Position numbers and translations under genes: made by a program | Shown here: piece by piece, positions 5,979 to 7,651 of the stretch | Position numbering within the stretch: position 1 is the stretch's first letter | How the letters are laid out: the number at the start of each line of letters is the position of its first letter | Notes under the pieces: model-generated | Told to the model about the DNA's origin: nothing | Seen by the model: the letters and a program-made list of their open reading frames with translations, nothing else | The model's database searches: none | IMG/VR virus record: IMGVR_UViG_3300007153_000063 | Coordinates: 1 to 7,651 of that record | Origin: a virus | Reading direction: 5' to 3' (one strand) | Length of the DNA: 7,651 nucleotides

Positions 5979-6317
5979 ATGCTCGCCCCTACACAGACAC
6001 CTTCTATCACTTGGATGCTTGCAGACATACCACATACAGACAAGCAAATAGCAAGATACCTAGGAGTTTCAGTGCGAACTGTGCAGCGCTACAGGAAAAC
6101 GAACAATGCGCCGATGGCAATTTATCGAGCGCTATTTTGGGAAACACGTTGGGGACGGTCTGCAGTGCATGTGAAAGCCCAAAACGATGCTGACCGTTGG
6201 CGACAATATGCACAGTCACTTGAACGACAAAATATCGCTCTCACCGATTACATCAAATTACTTGAATGTTCTGGCAATGGCAAAGCCGCAAATGCTCCCG
6301 TTTTTAAGTTCGGTTGA
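5979..6317 (+). CDS. Second HTH DNA-binding protein (112 aa, or 100 aa if started at ATG 6015)
   Basis: Classic HTH segment DKQIARYLGVSVRTVQRYRK. Its ATG directly abuts the upstream stop (TGAATG at 5976-5981). Confidence 0.7.
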   Translation: MLAPTQTPSITWMLADIPHTDKQIARYLGVSVRTVQRYRKTNNAPMAIYRALFWETRWGRSAVHVKAQNDADRWRQYAQSLERQNIALTDYIKLLECSGNGKAANAPVFKFG

Positions 6318-6328
6318 GCAAGGATAGA

Positions 6329-6724
6329 ATGCAACTATTCGTAACCCATCACCCAGACATGAAACTTGAAGAGCACAAAAAAGAAGGTAGCAAAATACTT
6401 TGGCTTTTTGCAATTAGCGCTGCACTGATTGCCGTTGCCGTGATGGCTTCTATCTTCATTGCCAGTAAAGAACAAATGAAAAAAAAGGCGATAGCTGAAA
6501 AAAATCAACCACATATACGCCCTATCTCTCAACAGGCTGTCCAGCAAAAAAGGTATGAGCCAAAACAACAATCAACAGAACCTACGATCATTAGGCGAGA
6601 AATTAGGAAAACCGGCGGTCAAAGCAAGGAAAGTTGCTTACAACAATCGAATGGCACATTTGACAATAACTATGTGAAGTGTCGTGAGGGCGAATCGAAA
6701 GAGGTTTGGGTAAGAGTAAATTAA
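6329..6724 (+). CDS. Single-pass membrane protein of unknown function (131 aa from ATG 6329)
   Basis: TM segment ILWLFAISAALIAVAVMASIFIA, then a Lys/Gln-rich region and a C-terminal part with two Cys (CLQQSNGTFDNNYVKC). AAGGA lies 4 nt before ATG 6329. The ORF-track start at 6314 is a TTG overlapping the upstream stop. Confidence 0.6.
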   Translation: MQLFVTHHPDMKLEEHKKEGSKILWLFAISAALIAVAVMASIFIASKEQMKKKAIAEKNQPHIRPISQQAVQQKRYEPKQQSTEPTIIRREIRKTGGQSKESCLQQSNGTFDNNYVKCREGESKEVWVRVN

Positions 6725-6871
6725 ATACCGTTTGTATTCAGGCCCCGAGATACGTTAGTTGCTTGAAAAGATTGCGCAGCGGGAGCATGTTGCAGCTACT
6801 TGCGGTGTGCGTTGACACGTTGCAGAGCGTTTGGCATTGCGTGATCTGCGATCAGTGTGCACTTGTTCAGC

Positions 6872-6889
6872 ATGGGGTTGCAACCCCAT
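6872..6889. repeat. Perfect 18-bp palindrome atggggttgcaaccccat (second copy at 27-44)
   Basis: Read directly: atggggttg is the reverse complement of caaccccat. Confidence 0.9.
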
Positions 6890-6914
6890 ACCCCGCAGTT
6901 CTTCAGATTCGAGC

Positions 6915-6940
6915 ATGCAGCATAATTGCAATAGCTGCAT
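6915..6940. repeat. Imperfect 26-bp palindrome atgcagc-ataattgcaata-gctgcat (second copy at 70-95)
   Basis: It has 7-bp perfect arms. The spacer contains the 8-bp palindrome attgcaat, offset by 1 nt from the outer centre. Confidence 0.8.
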
Positions 6941-7000
6941 TGAACGATTGTGCGCAACTCCGTGACTCCGCTTCGCTCCGGGCCGTGCGGCCAGGGAGGA

Positions 7001-7651
7001 TCAGGTTAAAGGTATGCCAGCAATAGTCTGGGGCTGGCCTGAGTCTGGCTCAAAATCCAGAAATACGCCCTCTTTCACGTATGTTTCACAATTGCGCTTT
7101 GAGGTCTTATAGGGCGTGCCGCGTTGCGTGTAGCAGTCGCATCGCTCAGACATTTTGATGCACGCAGCAGGTTTTGGCACTGCTTGCGGGACTGTCAAAT
7201 TGTCATAAACAGGCGCTGTATGCACGATGCCGGGGATACGCGGCTCATAGCTATCAACGTATTCTTGCCGCGTTTTTGGCTGCTGCATTTGCGTAGGCTG
7301 CTGCTGTGGCTGCAGGGCGCTTTGGAACTGCTGTGGCGTGTTTTGAGCTGCTGCAACTTGCTGTGCGTTTGCCTTGTGCTTGTCAGCATCGAATATGCCG
7401 ATAAACGTGGGCAGCTTCCAAACTGCGACGGCCATGGCAGCTGCTAAGAACCAGAGAATGCCCGGCAATTTTCGAGTTTGCTTTGTGTGTAGCTCAGCGC
7501 TTTTGTAGAGCTTGAAAACGCTTTTGTTGTAGCGCCAGAGCTTCTTAGCAATGCTCTTTGAATACATGAGCGAGCGGCTTGCGTGGTCCCACTCATACAC
7601 GATACAAGTGCGCGTGCCCCCTAGCCTGCGCACGTGAATATGCTGACCAAC
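7001..7651 (-). CDS. zot: Second, partial copy of the Zot/pI-family gene (3' 651 nt, cut by the window end)
   Basis: Its translation matches the C-terminal residues of the 156-1205 product, and it lies inside the terminal repeat. Confidence 0.9.
   Translation of the reverse strand, partial: VGQHIHVRRLGGTRTCIVYEWDHASRSLMYSKSIAKKLWRYNKSVFKLYKSAELHTKQTRKLPGILWFLAAAMAVAVWKLPTFIGIFDADKHKANAQQVAAAQNTPQQFQSALQPQQQPTQMQQPKTRQEYVDSYEPRIPGIVHTAPVYDNLTVPQAVPKPAACIKMSERCDCYTQRGTPYKTSKRNCETYVKEGVFLDFEPDSGQPQTIAGIPLT

Larger units (their letters stand above)
1..6845 (-). mobile_element. One complete unit of a filamentous phage (inovirus-like) genome, 6845 bp. The structural and replication genes lie on the window's minus strand.
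   Basis: Gene order is Rep, ssDNA-binding protein, major coat, adsorption protein, pVI-like protein, Zot/pI ATPase, with a divergent HTH regulator module. The sequence restarts at 6846. Confidence 0.9.
6725..7000. other. Main non-coding intergenic region between the convergent modules, a candidate ori / packaging signal / attP (its right part is duplicated at 1-155)
   Basis: No credible ORF lies in these 276 bp. The region has dense palindromes and short repeats (see the next features and the findings). Confidence 0.5.
6846..7651. repeat. Right copy of the 806-bp terminal direct repeat, truncated by the window edge
   Basis: Same as for the left copy, offset 6845 bp. Confidence 0.95.

Noticed and set aside
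5957-6571. ORFs 5957-6193 (+), 6007-6219 (-) and 6335-6571 (-) inside the second HTH and membrane-protein genes
   Set aside because: They are alternate-frame or antisense shadows in an A/T-rich region and have no motifs.
6724-6742. Weak A/T hairpin (aatac-cgttt-gtatt) after the membrane-protein stop as a terminator
   Set aside because: The stem is 5 bp and A/T-rich, with no following T-run. This is too weak to call.
6915-6940. Possible dif-like XerCD site (GCATAA-ttgcaa-...)
   Set aside because: Only the inner 6 bp of the XerC-arm consensus match and the XerD arm matches poorly. It is kept as a hypothesis within a finding and is not annotated as attP.
6706-7026. 106-aa plus ORF, and 61-aa minus ORF (6755-6940), spanning the main intergenic region
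   Set aside because: They cross the palindrome cluster and run into the convergent zot gene. They lack an SD and have a Cys/Arg/Leu-rich composition typical of non-coding DNA.
1-7651. CRISPR arrays, tRNA or rRNA genes, insertion-sequence ends
   Set aside because: I saw no short regularly spaced direct repeats, no cloverleaf-like segments and no terminal inverted repeats flanking a transposase. The only long repeat is the genome-length redundancy.

Overview
The window holds one complete small filamentous-phage (Inoviridae-like) genome read through its own junction. Bases 1-806 recur at 6846-7651, identical wherever I compared them, which gives a unit length of 6845 bp. No host flank is visible, so this is either a circular replicative form or contig wrapped on itself, or a head-to-tail tandem prophage. 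The minus strand carries a tightly packed operon with overlapping stops and starts. In transcription order it encodes an acidic double zinc-ribbon protein, two doubtful micro-ORFs, a rolling-circle Rep (RstA/Rep_trans-like), a pV-like ssDNA-binding protein, a 68-aa unknown, a pVIII-like major coat protein, a 63-aa membrane protein, a pIII-like adsorption protein, a pVI-like membrane protein and a Zot/pI-family assembly ATPase. The plus strand diverges from a 132-bp control region with repeated inverted half-sites. It carries a visibly more A/T-rich module of two helix-turn-helix proteins and a single-pass membrane protein. A 276-bp non-coding region rich in palindromes lies between the two convergent modules and is the best candidate for ori, packaging signal or attP. 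I saw no secretin (pIV), integrase, transposase, tRNA, rRNA or CRISPR. All family assignments come from motifs, protein architecture and gene order read by eye, not from database searches.
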